DNA of 62,823 bases, filler included, from Dugesia japonica (Eukaryota): assembly GCA_001938525.1 (NCBI GenBank). It is 5 parts of 5 records of this genome, joined end to end, with 100 filler letters (N's around TTAATTAATTAA, not from the genome) between each part and the next. Parts side by side here need not be neighbours in the genome. Positions count along the whole stretch, not along the records: positions 31,932 to 53,486 come from MQRL01592635.1; positions 53,587 to 62,823 come from MQRL01587064.1; 3 more parts are not named here. One strand, given 5' to 3'. A model generated the notes under the pieces. That model had not been told where the DNA came from, did not search any database, and was given only the letters and a program-made list of their open reading frames with translations. Below, in pieces: positions 48,812 through 62,823 of this stretch. Numbering within the stretch: position 1 is the first letter of the stretch; each line of letters begins with the position of its first letter. The translations under genes and the position numbers were made by a program.

Positions 48812-51800
48812 TATTTTTCAAATTCAAAATACAAATAATCAAAATTAAAAGAATCAAAACTCAAACCAACAACCCGAAAAATTACAATTTTATATTTTTT
48901 TATTGTTTCTAATTTTTCTTTGGTTGGTTCTTGTTATATTTCTTCAACTATATTTTCCATTTTTCTTAAATAAAAATCAGAAGAATCAAAACTAGTAAAT
49001 TCAAACTAGTAAACTCAAACTAGTAAATTCAAAAGAATCAAAACTCAAAACGCAATTAATAAAAACATAAAGACAAGTAACGAGTAATCGAATACATATA
49101 ACTTACACCCAGAAATGTTAATCCATAATGTGCATTGACAATAATAATTATTTATGTCATATATTAATTTTTTTATGTTAGCGTTAAATGCCACATGCTG
49201 TATTTGGAGTGTACATTACTCGGGGCAAGTAGTATTTATTTCATTACTATCAAGAGTTAGGATTTCGTCGGACAACAGCTCAAGAATGCATAGTTAAACG
49301 AACAACTTTTAACTTTTATTGTAGAAAAAGGAGTCATTCATCATTTATAGAGTTTAAATCAATGCCTAGTTCAAATTAAACTAGCTGCTAAAAAGAATTT
49401 TATTATCCGAGAATCATTTACGGTAAAAGGGAAGCTTATGAGTAATGGAGATTTTACTGGAAAAACCTTATAAAATTGGGAATAGTATTGTTGATAAAGT
49501 ACTGGTGGTTGAAGAGTATTCAACTGAGTAATTTCAATCTTTCAAATTGTTTATAATTATTAATAGTTAATAAATTTTCATTAAAATAATACAAATCTCT
49601 ATCATTAGTTTTGAAGCTTAATAATTAAAATTTTTAAAATCCCTTACAAAATAACATACACCATTGAGTTTTTAATATAATAATTGAAAACTTTAAAAAC
49701 TAATAAAAAATCTTAAATTTGGGAAATAATAATGAATAATAATTTCAATATCATACAATAAATTTTGACTGAGAAATTTCTAAAACAAAGTAAAATGTTC
49801 CGGGANNNNNNNNNNNNNNNNNNNNNNNNNNNNNNNNNNNNNNNNNNNNNNNNNNNNNNNNNNNNNNNNNNNNNNNNNNNNNNNNNNNNNNNNNNNNNNN
49901 NNNNNNNNNNNNNCTGCACTAACTTCATTTTAAAAACTATACATATTTATCATAACAGGCAATTTTTTATCCAAATTAAACAAATTCTATAAAATACAAT
50001 AGAAGTTGACCAAAATTGACCTGCAGAGTATATCTTTGACTAAACTTGATCATGCTAAGGAAATACTTTACTTAAATTGTCCATTCNNNNNNNNNNNNNN
50101 NNNNNNNNNNNNNNNNNNNNNNNNNNNNNNNNNNNNGCCTTTGTATTTAAACAGTAGACCAACGGTTATAGTAAAATCATAGAAAACAATGTAATAAAAT
50201 AGACCAATTTATTAAGATTTATTAAATTTCCTTAATTTATAAATTTTATAATTTTCAATAGTTAATAAATTTTCATTAAAATAATACAAATCTCTATCAT
50301 TAGTTTTGAAGCTTAATATTTAAAATTTTTAAAATCCCTTACAAAATAACATACACCATTGAGTTTTTAATATAATAATTGAAAACTTTAAAAACTAATA
50401 AAAAATCTTAAATTTGGGAAATAATAATGAATAATAATTTCAATATCATACAATAAATTTTGACTGAGAAATTTCTAAAACAAAGTAAAATGTTCCGGGA
50501 GCTGCACTAACTTCATTTTAAAAACTATACATATTTATCATAACAGGCAATTTTTTATCCAAATTAAACAAATTCTATAAAATACAATAGAAGTTGACCA
50601 AAATTGACCTGCAGAGTATATCTTTGACTAAACTTGATCATGCTAAGGAAATACTTTACTTAAATTGTCCATTCGGAATAAATTTGTTAACAGATTCAAC
50701 ATATTAGAGAAAATATTCAACCGTATTCAACCAAAATTGACTAAAACGAGTAAATATTTGACCAAATTCAATAAAAATTGGCCATCACTATCCAATTAGA
50801 CTTTCCTGTGGAAATCTTTGACCAAAATCGACGAATTCTGATGAAATAATATTACAAATTTAAAAACCAAATTTCATATTAATTACAGAAATCAGGTCAG
50901 ATAAACGTGATTACGACATTGTATAATTAGATTAAGTGATTGATCTCATTACTCAACAGGTTTATGCTACGTCAAAAGAAGACAGTTGGCATAGAGCACT
51001 AGAATCTATATGTTACACACCCAATTCATTCAATCCAATAAATTAACTCAAAATAATATAACACTTGAAATAAACATTACAACACTTAAATAATGATACT
51101 TAATTATTTTTTAGAAACAATTTCTATGTTAGGAAGAGATGTATTGTTCTGATGCGCCACTAGCTATCTAATTACCATTAGAAACTCTAGTTTATGCACA
51201 CACAAATTCAATATATTCAATGTAGATAAAATCATAAGTTTAAACAGTTTATTTATTAAAATCTTTATCATTCTCCTCAAAATGGCCTTCTTCATTTCAT
51301 CATATCCAGATACTTATAGAATTCTAAAGGTAGAATTATTTGACATACAGAAACAGAATACTCAAATATAGTTTCTAAACTATTAATTGACCACTGATAA
51401 TTATTCAATATTGACAACTGTGAAAAGTGCTGTGTCAAAAAATCTTTAACACTTTGGCGAGAAATTAAAATCAAGATATTTATATGGTTTATAGTATTAC
51501 TCAAACTTTCCATTAAATTATTCAAATAACGGTTCAGTTTTATAAATGAAATTTGATCAGAATTATTATCAATCATTTCTTGATATTTAAGAAATTTTGA
51601 ATANAAATCTAATGCAGATTTTGCTTCAATATATGAAAGAAGACATTTCTCAAATGATTCTATTANATCAAATTTTAAAATAAACAAATTGAAAATTTGA
51701 TATAATTTAATTATTTCAGCATTGTATTTAACATCAACATTTGTAATGTTTGACGGATTTATTTGTTTTATCATTTTTATCAAATCTTTAAAATTAGGTA

Positions 51801-52131
51801 TTTTCATTAAAGTATCAATTAATAAACTTGATATTTGTATACATTTTCTGATTATCTTCCCATTATTGATATTATTAGATTTGAAATAATCAATNNNNNN
51901 NNNNNNNNNNNNNNNNNNNNNNNNNNNNNNNNNNNNNNNNNNNNTGAAATAAACATTACAACACTTAAATAATGATACTTAATTATTTTTTAGAAACAAT
52001 TTCTATGTTAGGAAGAGATGTATTGTTCTGATGCGCCACTAGCTATCTAATTACCATTAGAAACTCTAGTTTATGCACACACAAATTCAATATATTCAAT
52101 GTAGATAAAATCATAAGTTTAAACAGTTTAT

Positions 52132-53486
52132 TTANNNNNNNNNNNNNNNNNNNNNNNNNNNNNNNNNNNNNNNNNNNNNNNNNNNNNNNNNNNNNNNNNN
52201 NNNNNNNNNNNNNNNNNNNNNNNNNNNNNNNNNNNNNNNNNNNNNNNNNNNNNNNNNNNNNNCAGAATACTCAAATATAGTTTCTAAACTATTAATTGAC
52301 CACTGATAATTATTCAATATTGACAACTGTGAAAAGTGCTGTGTCAAAAAATCTTTAACACTTTGGCGAGAAATTAAAATCAAGATATTTATATGGTTTA
52401 TAGTATTACTCAAACTTTCCATTAAATTATTCAAATAACGGTTCAGTTTTATAAATGAAATTTGATCAGAATTATTATCAATCATTTCTTGATATTTAAG
52501 AAATTTTGAATATAAATCTAATGCAGATTTTGCTTCAATATATGAAAGAAGACATTTCTCAAATGATTCTATTATATCAAATTTTAAAATAAACAAATTG
52601 AAAATTTGATATAATTTAATTATTTCAGCATTGTATTTAACATCAACATTTGTAATGTTTGACGGATTTATTTGTTTTATCATTTTTATCAAATCTTTAA
52701 AATTAGGTATTTTCATTAAAGTATCAATTAATAAACTTGATATTTGTATACATTTTCTGATTATCTTCCCATTATTGATATTATTAGATTTGAAATAATC
52801 AATNNNNNNNNNNNNNNNNNNNNNNNNNNNNNNNNNNNNNNNNNNNNNNNNTAAAGTAGTTAATTCTCCGTTATGAAAAGGACAACTTCCATAAATTATG
52901 AAAAACATCTCCATGCAATTGGTACAAATTTTATGATTACAATTGGAAAATGTTGCATAAATATTTTCACAAATAATGCGTGAACATATTAAACACATAT
53001 CTTGTCTTGCCAAATGAAAATCAGGTTCGATTTTTTCATATAATTTATTATTATATCGTATAAGAGAAATAATTTTTGTTTTAATGTGTTTTTTTACTTC
53101 ACACATAACATCAATATGTTTCATTATCACACAAGAGATTCTTTGTCCAATATATGGAGAATTTGGTTTACCAATCATTTCTTCGTTTAATTGGTTGCAA
53201 GTTTTAAACAAATCGAAAGTTATGTTTTGCAAATTTTCATTCAAATTTTCGGTAAAACAAGTCCTGTAATTCAATTCATTGAATTGAATTTCTTTGTGTT
53301 TCACATAAATTTTTTCTAATAGAATTTGCTTTTCAGATTTCTGAAAATTTAAATAATTATAAGACATGTGATAAATGCTGTTTAATTGTAAAATATATTT
53401 ACTGATTTCCAAGCTACGATCATTAAACGATGAAAAATTTAATATTTCTTTTAATTTATTTAGAATGCTATTAATTTGCAAAACAG
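52132..53486 (-). CDS. RING-finger protein (5' end cut by contig end; C-terminus readable in the duplicate copy at 51292-51894)
   Basis: C-x2-C-x14-C-x-H-x2-C-x2-C-x10-C-x2-H at 52873-52995 within a long frame with no visible introns. Confidence 0.7.
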
Positions 53487-53586
53487 NNNNNNNNNNNNNN
53501 NNNNNNNNNNNNNNNNNNNNNNNNNNNNNNTTAATTAATTAANNNNNNNNNNNNNNNNNNNNNNNNNNNNNNNNNNNNNNNNNNNN
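53487..53586. other. Artificial contig spacer
   Basis: N44-TTAATTAATTAA-N44. Confidence 0.97.
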
Positions 53587-54059
53587 TACTAGCGTCTCCT
53601 CTACAACTTCTGCTAATGGTTCCAGATGCGCCATGAGTATGGGAATCGCTCGCGTGATGTGTTGGTTCAATCTTTTGCCTGTTTGATTGTATTCTAGCAG
53701 GTTTATCTCGAACACTGTATTTCTCGCGGTTATTGTTGGTGGCTTCTGGAGGTGCTCTGAGACCTTGTTTAAGAGATCGGCCAAAGCATTGTTTTGTTGA
53801 CCTTGATCTTCCTCCTGCTAGTGAATACGCTTGTTTAGTTGATCTACGTGTGCTCATTAACGCAGAATCTCTTTTTTTGATCGGGTATCTCTATTTCTTT
53901 GAGTCGGAATTTATCAGTGGCCATCCACCACGGTTTCCTGTCAGCACTATCATCCGTCCACGAATCATAAAGTACGGGCATATTGTTACAAGGACCGGAG
54001 GAAAATGACCATCCTTTCAACGACTTCATTGCTTCCATATTTGTAAACTTTCTGGACAT
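53587..54059 (-). pseudogene. Possible retroelement gag N-terminus
   Basis: GC-richer broken reading frame from ATG 54059 with a gag-like helical pattern. No diagnostic motif. Confidence 0.3.
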
Positions 54060-56660
54060 TTCTTAACAATTAACTATTTATGTTACAAATGACCATAATT
54101 TTGATTATTTCACACTCTGACCTTTGTGATCTTTATATGCAAGTAAGGAAGTGAGAGTCCTCAATGAGAGCTTTGTCTCTTATTGCTCTCAGAAACTGAC
54201 AGATCCCGACTTGCTACGTATTAATGATATAAAGATTTTAAGTCGCGTCAATACTTTTAGACCATTTTGTGTTATTAATTATTACTTTAACGATATCAAT
54301 ATAATAGTTAAAATTTAAATGATATTTCAGGAAATATATAACTACTTTAAATTAATTATTCTAGTTTAATTCAATAAAAAAAATTCTTTCTCGTAAACAA
54401 AAACAAAATCATACAGATCTATGAAATCAAAACGTAATAGCATAATTTTATAAACGGAAAGTTATATTTTCAAGTAAATTCATAATAACATCAAAGTTCC
54501 TAATACTCATTGAATACACCAAGCACAGTATTATCACGTTTATTTTAGTAATAGAAAGTTCAACCACCATACATCAATGCTTAAGGTATCATTAATCCTC
54601 ATCTTTCTACCATATATTACTTTATTTCGTTCATTGCCTCATTACACAAAATTTATTCTCTTTATTATCTTAAACATCAGCATCTTTAACCGTAAAAGTT
54701 TATCATCGTTATCATCACATCTCCTTTATCATAATCATCTTATTAATATTCTACTTACGCAGTGCATAAATTCATAAGGAATGATCTGGTTCATTGGATA
54801 TCTAAGTTGTGATGATCGTCACCACCAACAAGGCTAGTGATGACGACCATCACTTCAGTTTTTGTTTTATAAAAATTATTATTTATTTTTTTTTTTTGAT
54901 AATTTTATAAATAAATTAAAATATTACTTCCTGGCTTTCCGTTTCTACTTTTGAGTCCCCGTTGATAATAATAAATGCTGCTTAAAAGTTCGGTTTACTC
55001 GACTAATAAGAGCTACAGAAAATCGAATTTTCAAGACTGATTTTCCACTGATTTTGATTTCCTTTTATACCTCACTGTATTGTCAAATTTTGACAGATAC
55101 AGTTGGCGTCCACTTCAGATTTCTACTAATGCAAGGAATCGCACGCTCTTCGCACGTAGCTTCTACATAGATCTCCAAATATGGGCGTGATTATTTTTAT
55201 TTTCTGTTAATTCTGTAGAGGATTATGTGCTCACAGATGTCCTATGTTTTTTTCTCAAGTAGGGAGGCTTAATAAAATAATATTTTTCTTAAAAAATAAT
55301 AAATTTCTGAAACTTGTAAGTGTTTTAGAAATAGCGATAACTCCACCATCACATGCAAATATAAANATATCAATCCTAAATTCTTACATAAAATCATCAG
55401 ACCATCATCTACATATAAATTTCCTGTCATAATTCCTTCTTGTTCGTTATAAATAATAATATTTTTCTTAAAAAATAATAATTTCTAAAACTTGTAAGAA
55501 TTTTATAAATAAGGATAATCACATAATCACCTACAAATATGAAAATATCAATACTGAATTCTGACATAAAATCATCAGATCTTCTTCNNNNNNNNNNNNN
55601 NNNNNNNNNNNNNNNNNNNNNNNNNNNNNNNNNNNNNNNNNNNNNNNNNNNNNNNNNNNNNNNNNNNNNNNNNNNNNNNNNNNNNNNNNNNNNNNATTTA
55701 TCGATAATAATAATAATTTCACATTTTATATTTTTTATAAAATTATAATAATAATACAATTCTTGTGCTAAAACCGGACTCATAATCTATTATTTTATTA
55801 TTTATAATGATCATGATGATTTATTATGTTTTCCCCCTATAAATTCTCTCTAAAATATCAAAATATTTAAATATAATTATTTGGTTTAATCTTTCTTTTT
55901 TTTCTCATCAATATAATTTTATTTTTAATACATGAATACTTTCAACACATTTATACAAATTATAAATAATAATAGACATTTCTTGTTCTATTGACATTCT
56001 TCTTTTCTATCACTTTGACTTATTTTCTGAGCACATTTAACTTAGCCTTCTAATTATTGATTATCTTTAATCATTGTATATTTTAATATTTAATCAATTC
56101 TTCGTTTTCTCGACAACTTTATACAACTTTATATTCTTTTTATTGTTTTACCTTAGATTTGGTTTGATATTTCTTACACATTTTAACTTCAATTATTATT
56201 ATTTAATAATAGTTTCCTTATTATTTCATAGATCAATATTTCTTTTATTTCTTATTATTTGCTTATTCATTTTCTTATAAACCTTTAGTTTATTTCCTTC
56301 ACTGATTTTCACATTTCACAAAAGACAGTTTTAGTCCAACAATATCATCCACTCATTTTAATATCAACAAATATAAACCAAATGTACAAAAACAGTTAAT
56401 AAATGATAGGTCACGAAATTAAATAAAAATTAGTCATAAAAGTTAAAAATGTTCAAAAACAATTAATAAATGATAAATCACGAAATTAAATAAAAATTAA
56501 TCCATCACGAAATGAAATAAAAATTAATTATAAAAGTCAAAATCATGAATTCCAGTCATCAAAATTAAAATTGATCATACAATTAAATTCAGTCAAAGAA
56601 TGTGTCGCAAAAGTTTGATATAAACAAAAGTTTGATAGCATATTGGCGGTTTGCTGGATG

Positions 56661-56732
56661 TTGAATGGTTGTCTTGATCTTGAATTGAATGGTTGTCTTG
56701 ATCTTGAATTGAATGGTTGTGTTGATCTTGAA
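56661..56732. repeat. 24-bp tandem repeat, 3 copies
   Basis: TTGAATGGTTGTCTTGATCTTGAA at 56661, 56685 and 56709 (third copy with one mismatch). Confidence 0.95.
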
Positions 56733-59700
56733 CTGATTGGATTCTGATTGTTGTTGTTTGTTATGTGCATGTATGCTGTTATGTTTTAGGGTCTGCCTTC
56801 CCCAACACTAAGTATAAATTAAACTGCTTACATAGATATAAATTGCAACGTATTGTATTTAATGCTATCTATACAGAGTGGCCTAGTATTAACTGAACAT
56901 TAATTATAATGTAATAGAAGAATTGTTATGCTGGATGAACGTATGCCTCTGTTGAGTCTTGGAATAGTCTGCATGGCCCCAAGACCTTAGTCATCAAAAC
57001 TTCTGTCTATGAGAAGTACTCATAAATCAGGTATTTAGCGGGAAATGAAAGACGTGAAATGAAATCAGTGGATCCCAGCTTTTTTTTCGATATTTCCCAC
57101 TTTGGTGTGTTTCGCTGACTTCATCACTCACCGATAAAAATTTGTTAGTTCTACATTAAAATGTAATTTTAATGTTGAATTAACATACTTATAAATGCAC
57201 ATAAGAATAAAAATAGTTTGAGAAAGCAAAGATATAATGAGACCTTTTCATTTTAATGAAGTCTGTGAACGAAAAAACAAAGGGTTTGCAAATTGTTATT
57301 GAATATCTGTGCTAAAAGAAAGGTAGAACGTTTATGTTGATGCTATATTAATGGTTAGATGTCATACAAGCATACAAGTTATAAAAACTAAATTTTCAAC
57401 ACTCATCATCGCCCACTAACTATGCATTTACTTTTCCTAAGTGGAAAATAGCCAACATAGAGAGTATTATGAGCAAAATAAATATAATAATTTACAACAG
57501 TAATTACATGAAAATCTATTTCATTTACAAGAAATATAAGTTCAGCAAATGAAATAGTAGATTAAATCAGATGAAAATTGTATTGGAAGGAAAATTGCAA
57601 ATTCATCGTAGCAGTAATTATAATTATAATTTTTTTAATTTTCTTTTATACAAATACAAAGAAACATTTTGATCGAAACTTTTAATTTAATGAAATAAAA
57701 AATTTGCTTTTTAAAACATTTTATCAAGACATTTTTATGAATATAAATTTGAAGAAATATAAATTATTATTTATAAAATTAAATGAAAATTGAAATGAAA
57801 TAAAACATATTAAACTAAATTAACTAAACAAAAAATATTCATGAAATCATTAATTAAAATCTAAATCAAAAAGCTTCAATAAAACTTTTGTTTTTTCTTT
57901 TTTGCTAGTTGTCATAATTTTCCACGATTTTCGTCTTCTATCATATTTCCAAAGACAATATTAAAATGGCAGAGCTCAGCTATAAGAATAGGTTTCGGAG
58001 CAATCCATTGATGAATGAATTGATTGATAATCTTCAGATTATCGAAAAATGGAATGATATCGGAAAAGCTACGAAGAAAGTACATAGGTTCTTAAAAAAG
58101 TAAACGTTTCAGGATGATAGATAAATAGAATAAATTGGAAAAAAATTAATCAGAAAACCAATATTTCTCGCCATAGATTGCAAGTGAAGCCAATTGTTAT
58201 GGTATCTGTAGAATAAAGTTGAATGGGTTTTAGATACTCGATTCAGAACTAACGAGAATTACGCCGGAAAATAAACAAAAAAAAGATTGCTATTAGTAAT
58301 TGATAACAAACCTAAAATTGTCGGTAAAGTTGGAACAGGCATGACATTTTGCAAGGTTATCTTTGAGTGTCATAAAGAGTAACATTAGATCTTATTGATG
58401 GCATAGATATGCAGAAGACTTTTCGAAACCAAATTGTACGAAAAGTGAATCACGGAATGCATGAAAAAGTAGATTTGTAATATCAAAGCAAAATTTGAGA
58501 GACAAATAAAGGGCACATATAAGTATTCTAAAATTAAATACGATCATAAAGTGATGAAAATAATTGAATGCAACAAAGAAGTTTTAATGGCAGGCAAATG
58601 GAATGTTCAGACATTTGACAAAACACAATATAATCACAAGCGGTAAATTCAACTCAATTTAAAATTAATTATCTTTGAACGATCTTCTTAATATTATTAT
58701 TGTTATCTAATTATAAAGTTTAATAACAATAAATTGAAATTCAACCTTGAAATCATGTATTTGAACAAAAGGAATTGTAAATATAAATGATTTTAGATTT
58801 TTAAGCAATTGATTTAAAACCAATAATGAAGTTTTACTGATGATTTTTCTCTAAAGTTTCTTTAATATTTTCACTTTTATATTCTTTTCTAAAATAGAAT
58901 TCAGCACATTGTATGGAAATGTTTAGTTAATCTTTAAATTTTTACTTAAGTATTTAACATTTGAGATAGGATGTTATCCAAATTAAAAATTTGTAAATTG
59001 TTATTTTCTAATTTATTTAAAATTGGATATATTAGATAGATTTATCTTTCGCTATTTATTAATTTATGATATTTACTGTCAAAAATTTTTGATTAACATT
59101 CAAAATTTAAATTAAAAATTATTAAAATAAATTGAAACAAAATATTATTAAAATAATATATAAAAGTAAATGAATTATTAAGATAAAATCCAAATAAATA
59201 AAAGATGGAAATAGGAAAAATAATCTTTTTCAAGCATTAAGTGGTTAAATTAAATTTATTTCAGATTGTCTTTTAATAAAAGGAAATAGAATATTTCAAT
59301 AAGAACAAAACTGTAACTTTTATTTATTTGTTTTCTTTATTGTCATTAATAATTAAGAAATAATGATTAGATATGTTAAAAATGTTGAAAGGTTATTTTA
59401 ATGGATTTCTATCTTTTAATTTCTTTTATTTAAATATTATATTTGAGGTTTTCATAACTGATTTTAGAGAAGGAATCTGATTCAAATTCTAATTTACTAT
59501 ATGCATGGTCTGTCATTTTATGGCTAACAATATTTTTTTAATTAATACCATTTTAATTAAATTTCTAAAATAAAATAAAAAATGAAAAAACAAAAGTTAA
59601 TACGTCAAATAAGGAATCACTGTTTAAAGCAATATACATCAAACAAAATACATTTATTTCCTTAATAATAAATGAATTATAAAAATAAAAAAATTAAGTT

Positions 59701-60939
59701 TAAAGGTAGAAAAGAGAGTTTATTTTTCAAAATACTCTTTTATTTAGTTATTTTATTAAATATTTTTTAGTATTGCCTTTTTAATTCTTGTTTTTAGTTT
59801 TGTTTTAATAGTGTCGTTATAATAACAAAAAAACATAATACGAAGAAGTATACACTAGAATATGGTTCATCAAATAACTTTTGAACGAAACAAATATCTA
59901 TGTAATATAGATAACTAAAGATATTGATCATCAGTATTTCTTGTGAAAAATTACATTCTGTATAAAAGGCTTTTCCGTATAAATAATACAATTTCGTATG
60001 TAAGTGTTCCGTACAAGCGTTCTTGATATTTTATTGAAAATGTAATAATTTAAAACAACGCGTATTTATCGTGCTTTTATTCTATTAAATTAAAATATAA
60101 ATTAAATAAAGTTTTTATTATAATTAGTTTACTTAAGTTTTTTTACCAAAGAAAAAATATATGAAAAGTCTTGATAAAGAAAAATGTTTTATCAATGGTA
60201 ACGAAGATTCTGTTAGAATACTTTCTGATTATTTCATTTTTATAATTCTTTAAATAAAAAAATATAATAGAATAAAATCCAATTTTATTAATTAAAATAC
60301 TCCTTACTCTTTGCTCTTGGTAATCATTGTTCAGATTAAAAATGAAATTATAATTAATGGAATTTCGAAAATTAAGTTATGAAATTTTAAAATTAATAAA
60401 TTCCATTAATTAATTTTTAAATATTAACAAAATGGTAAGAACAAAATTGTTATTTTTCTATGTAATAATTTGTTCAATATTTCCACTATGCCTACTTCAG
60501 GAATTATTGTTCAATTAATTCTGTTATCAATTTTCATGTGCAAACAAAATTTACATTAATCTGATTAAAATGAATTGTAATTTATTGGTTATTATAACAT
60601 TAAATTTATTGAAAATATTCTTGGTTATTTACTTCTAACATATAAATAAGATCTTTTTAAATGTAAGAATTGTTTTACCATTGATTTGTAAAAAACCAAA
60701 TATTTTTGATGAANNNNNNNNNNNNNNNNNNNNNNNNNNNNNNNNNNNNNNNNNNNNNNNNNNNNNNNNNNNNNNNNNNNNNNNNNNNNNNNNNNNNNNN
60801 NNNNNNNNNNNNNNNNNNNATAGAATTAATTGAACAATAGTTTCTTAATAAAAATTTATTAAATAGAAGAACAAAAATTTTGATCTTGCGTGTGAAAAAT
60901 TTTAAATAAAAAACTTCTTTATAAAAGATTTATAAGAAA

Positions 60940-61320
60940 ACAATGAAAAATGGTGAGAAAAGATATCTAAGATATTAACAAGATGTACGAAAGGGATCCT
61001 TTTACAATTAATCAGATTGCAGTTGAATATAAAGCTTGAAAAGCATACGATTTGTAGATATATTCAAGATATATATTAAAGATGATTTAGAATTTAAAAG
61101 TGCTTAGGAAAAAAGCTCTCAAACCATTCAACAGCGTAATACAACTTGAAATAAATTATAAACAATGGTTACGAATGAGGTATCTAATAATAATGCTTTT
61201 ACATAACCTGAAGCGATAACTCTAATTTCAAGCACTTTAAAAATTAATTTAAGCAGGCCCACAATTTTTAGAAAATTTAAAGAGAAAATATTTACTTAAA
61301 GTGCCAATTGAAAGGAAAGG
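60940..61320 (+). pseudogene. Possible pogo/Tigger transposase N-terminal HTH remnant
   Basis: TINQIAVEY...TICRYI and LEINYKQWL...KFKEKY resemble psq and CENP-B HTH domains. Heavily decayed. Confidence 0.4.
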
Positions 61321-62479
61321 GCAAAGCATACAAGTGATATTGCCTTCGAACAGCAAAGAAATTCTTTCAACAGAGAACTTTTAAGTGAATCTCTACTACG
61401 GTAATTTCAACAATTTTTAACCAAAATTCTAATTATGGACAATATATAGTTCCATAAATCAACATAACTGAAAGGTTTATTATTAATTGTTTTTAAATAT
61501 TTGGTATTTTATTTATCAAAGCTCAACAGTTTTGAAGAATTATTTCTATGATTAAAACAAGATTTAAGACTCTTATATACTACTCTTATATAATATTTTA
61601 TAATAAATAATGAAAATAATATTTTAAGTGCAACAAATATGATTTTTATTTAAATTATGATAATAGAAACCAACACAATGGTTTATATGTGCATATACAC
61701 AATGGGCTTGATAAAGAAAGAAGAAAAGAACCTTTTTTTAATGAAATCTGATTTTATTTTTTCACAATTGTTTATATGGGGAATTTTAAAATTGAAATAC
61801 TTAATAGATGATTTACTGTGCCAAATTAGTTAGTTATAAAACAAGAATACATAAGAATAAATAAGAATTTATTTGAATAGAAATTAAAATGAAAGAATTG
61901 TTAATTTTAAGGGCTTCAATTCCAGATGGAACATACGAAATTGTAATTAGTAAAAGAAAATTAAAAAAAGAATAAAATTAATTATCATAAATTCCGAAAT
62001 GTTTTAACTAAACAAGTCGTTTCATCATCAATAATAACATCGATTAAGACAAAAGTAGAAAACTTGAAATACTAAAAAATATTAAAAAAATATATATAAA
62101 AACAAACAACATTTTTATTGAATCTTTTAATTTAAAAAAAATATCAAACTTGATGAATAGTTAAATTCAATAATTATTCTCGCAATAATTGTAATTATAT
62201 AAATTGATATTTCTAACTGAAATGTAATTGAATATTAATCTTATTATTTAAGTGTCGATAAATTTTTAATCAACACATTTATACGAAATTATAAAAATTA
62301 AAAGTATTCATTTACAGGGTTTTAATCTTTATTTAGTATTTTTAAACTTCAATTTAGTTTAAATATTCAATTTTGCGGCAATTTAAATATTCTGAATCTA
62401 ATTAACTAAAGTTAATATGAAAAATTTGAAAAGTGTGCAGTCATAATGGATAACGTAAAAGTAAAATTGTAACCAAATT

Positions 62480-62700
62480 AGTAGTAGGATATGAGGACAC
62501 CAGAACAAATTAGGTTGAAGGGGAGGGGGATTCTGCCGTTGCCATGGCAACCAATGTAAGTCAAGGTCGTTTCCATGGCAACCACCTTAGCAACGGTGTC
62601 GAGGTTATTGGTTAGCAAGGCAACCGTCCTTAGCAACGGAAACTAGGTCAAGGTCGTTTCCAAAAAGGTAGGTCAAGGTCATTGGTTACCATAAATTGTT
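62480..62700 (+). mobile_element. Probable Polinton terminal repeat fragment
   Basis: Begins AGTAGTAG, followed by a G-rich patch and a GC-rich cluster of CCATGGCAAC, TAGCAAC and GTCAAGGTC repeats. Confidence 0.55.
62538..62582. promoter_or_regulatory. RFX X-box motifs
   Basis: Perfect palindrome GTTGCCATGGCAAC at 62538-62551 and GTTTCCATGGCAAC at 62569-62582. Confidence 0.6.
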
Positions 62701-62823
62701 TTCAACTTTAATTAATTTAAATTTAAAGAGATTTCACTGCTTTCCAGGTGTTCTCGAGACTCCGTCAATGAAAAATCTCAAATTTTAAAGCGAAAAACTT
62801 GTTACCCCTCATAGATAAAACTG

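Larger units (their letters stand above)
31932..49230. mobile_element. Polinton/Maverick locus 2 (decaying): penton, protease and fibre-like arm convergent with pPolB and HTH genes; interrupted by insertion B; right boundary approximate
   Basis: Hallmark genes listed below. Sequence at 49201-49230 (TATTTGGAGTGTAC..GGCAAGT) matches 41688-41717, so the element resumes after the insertion. Confidence 0.9.

Noticed and set aside
44107-49992. Long ORFs in the supplied track made mostly of X
   Set aside because: They are artefacts of translating N gaps.
45797-52803. Apparent tandem duplications (45797-45881/46150-46236, 46742-47261/47312-47832, 49561-50086/50256-50674, 51065-51894/51945-52803), including a second RING-gene C-terminus
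   Set aside because: The copies are essentially identical and abut N gaps, which is typical of unmerged scaffold overlaps.
56800-56807. CCCCAACA as a fourth member of the insertion family
   Set aside because: It lacks the GGTGTTTCA context, and no matching left end or TSD was found in this piece.

Overview
Very AT-rich invertebrate-type eukaryotic DNA. It is not contiguous: four artificial 100-nt spacers (N44-TTAATTAATTAA-N44) join five unrelated pieces (1-10318, 10419-22884, 22985-31831, 31932-53486, 53587-62823), and several internal N gaps are flanked by identical duplicated sequence. One intact host gene is present (Arl8 small GTPase, 5 exons, three 40-42-nt introns), plus a truncated RING-finger ORF. 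Most of the rest is mobile DNA. (i) Polinton/Maverick (adintovirus-like) material occurs in four pieces. Piece 1 carries an HTH-like gene, the major capsid and a ZnF-PLA2-(integrase) fusion. Piece 4 carries penton, adenain protease, a fibre-like gene, pPolB and HTH-like genes. These two gene sets are complementary and share a homologous non-coding region. Piece 2 has a decayed integrase next to a terminus-like end, and piece 5 has a terminus-like end rich in RFX X-boxes. (ii) A family of insertions bounded by TGTTGGG...CCCCAACA with 4-bp target duplications and no visible LTRs; one member carries gag-protease plus an antisense type-I membrane protein gene. (iii) Remnants of Tc1/mariner, hAT, pogo and Gypsy-like elements and MITEs. 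All protein calls are from motif recognition by eye; no searches were run.
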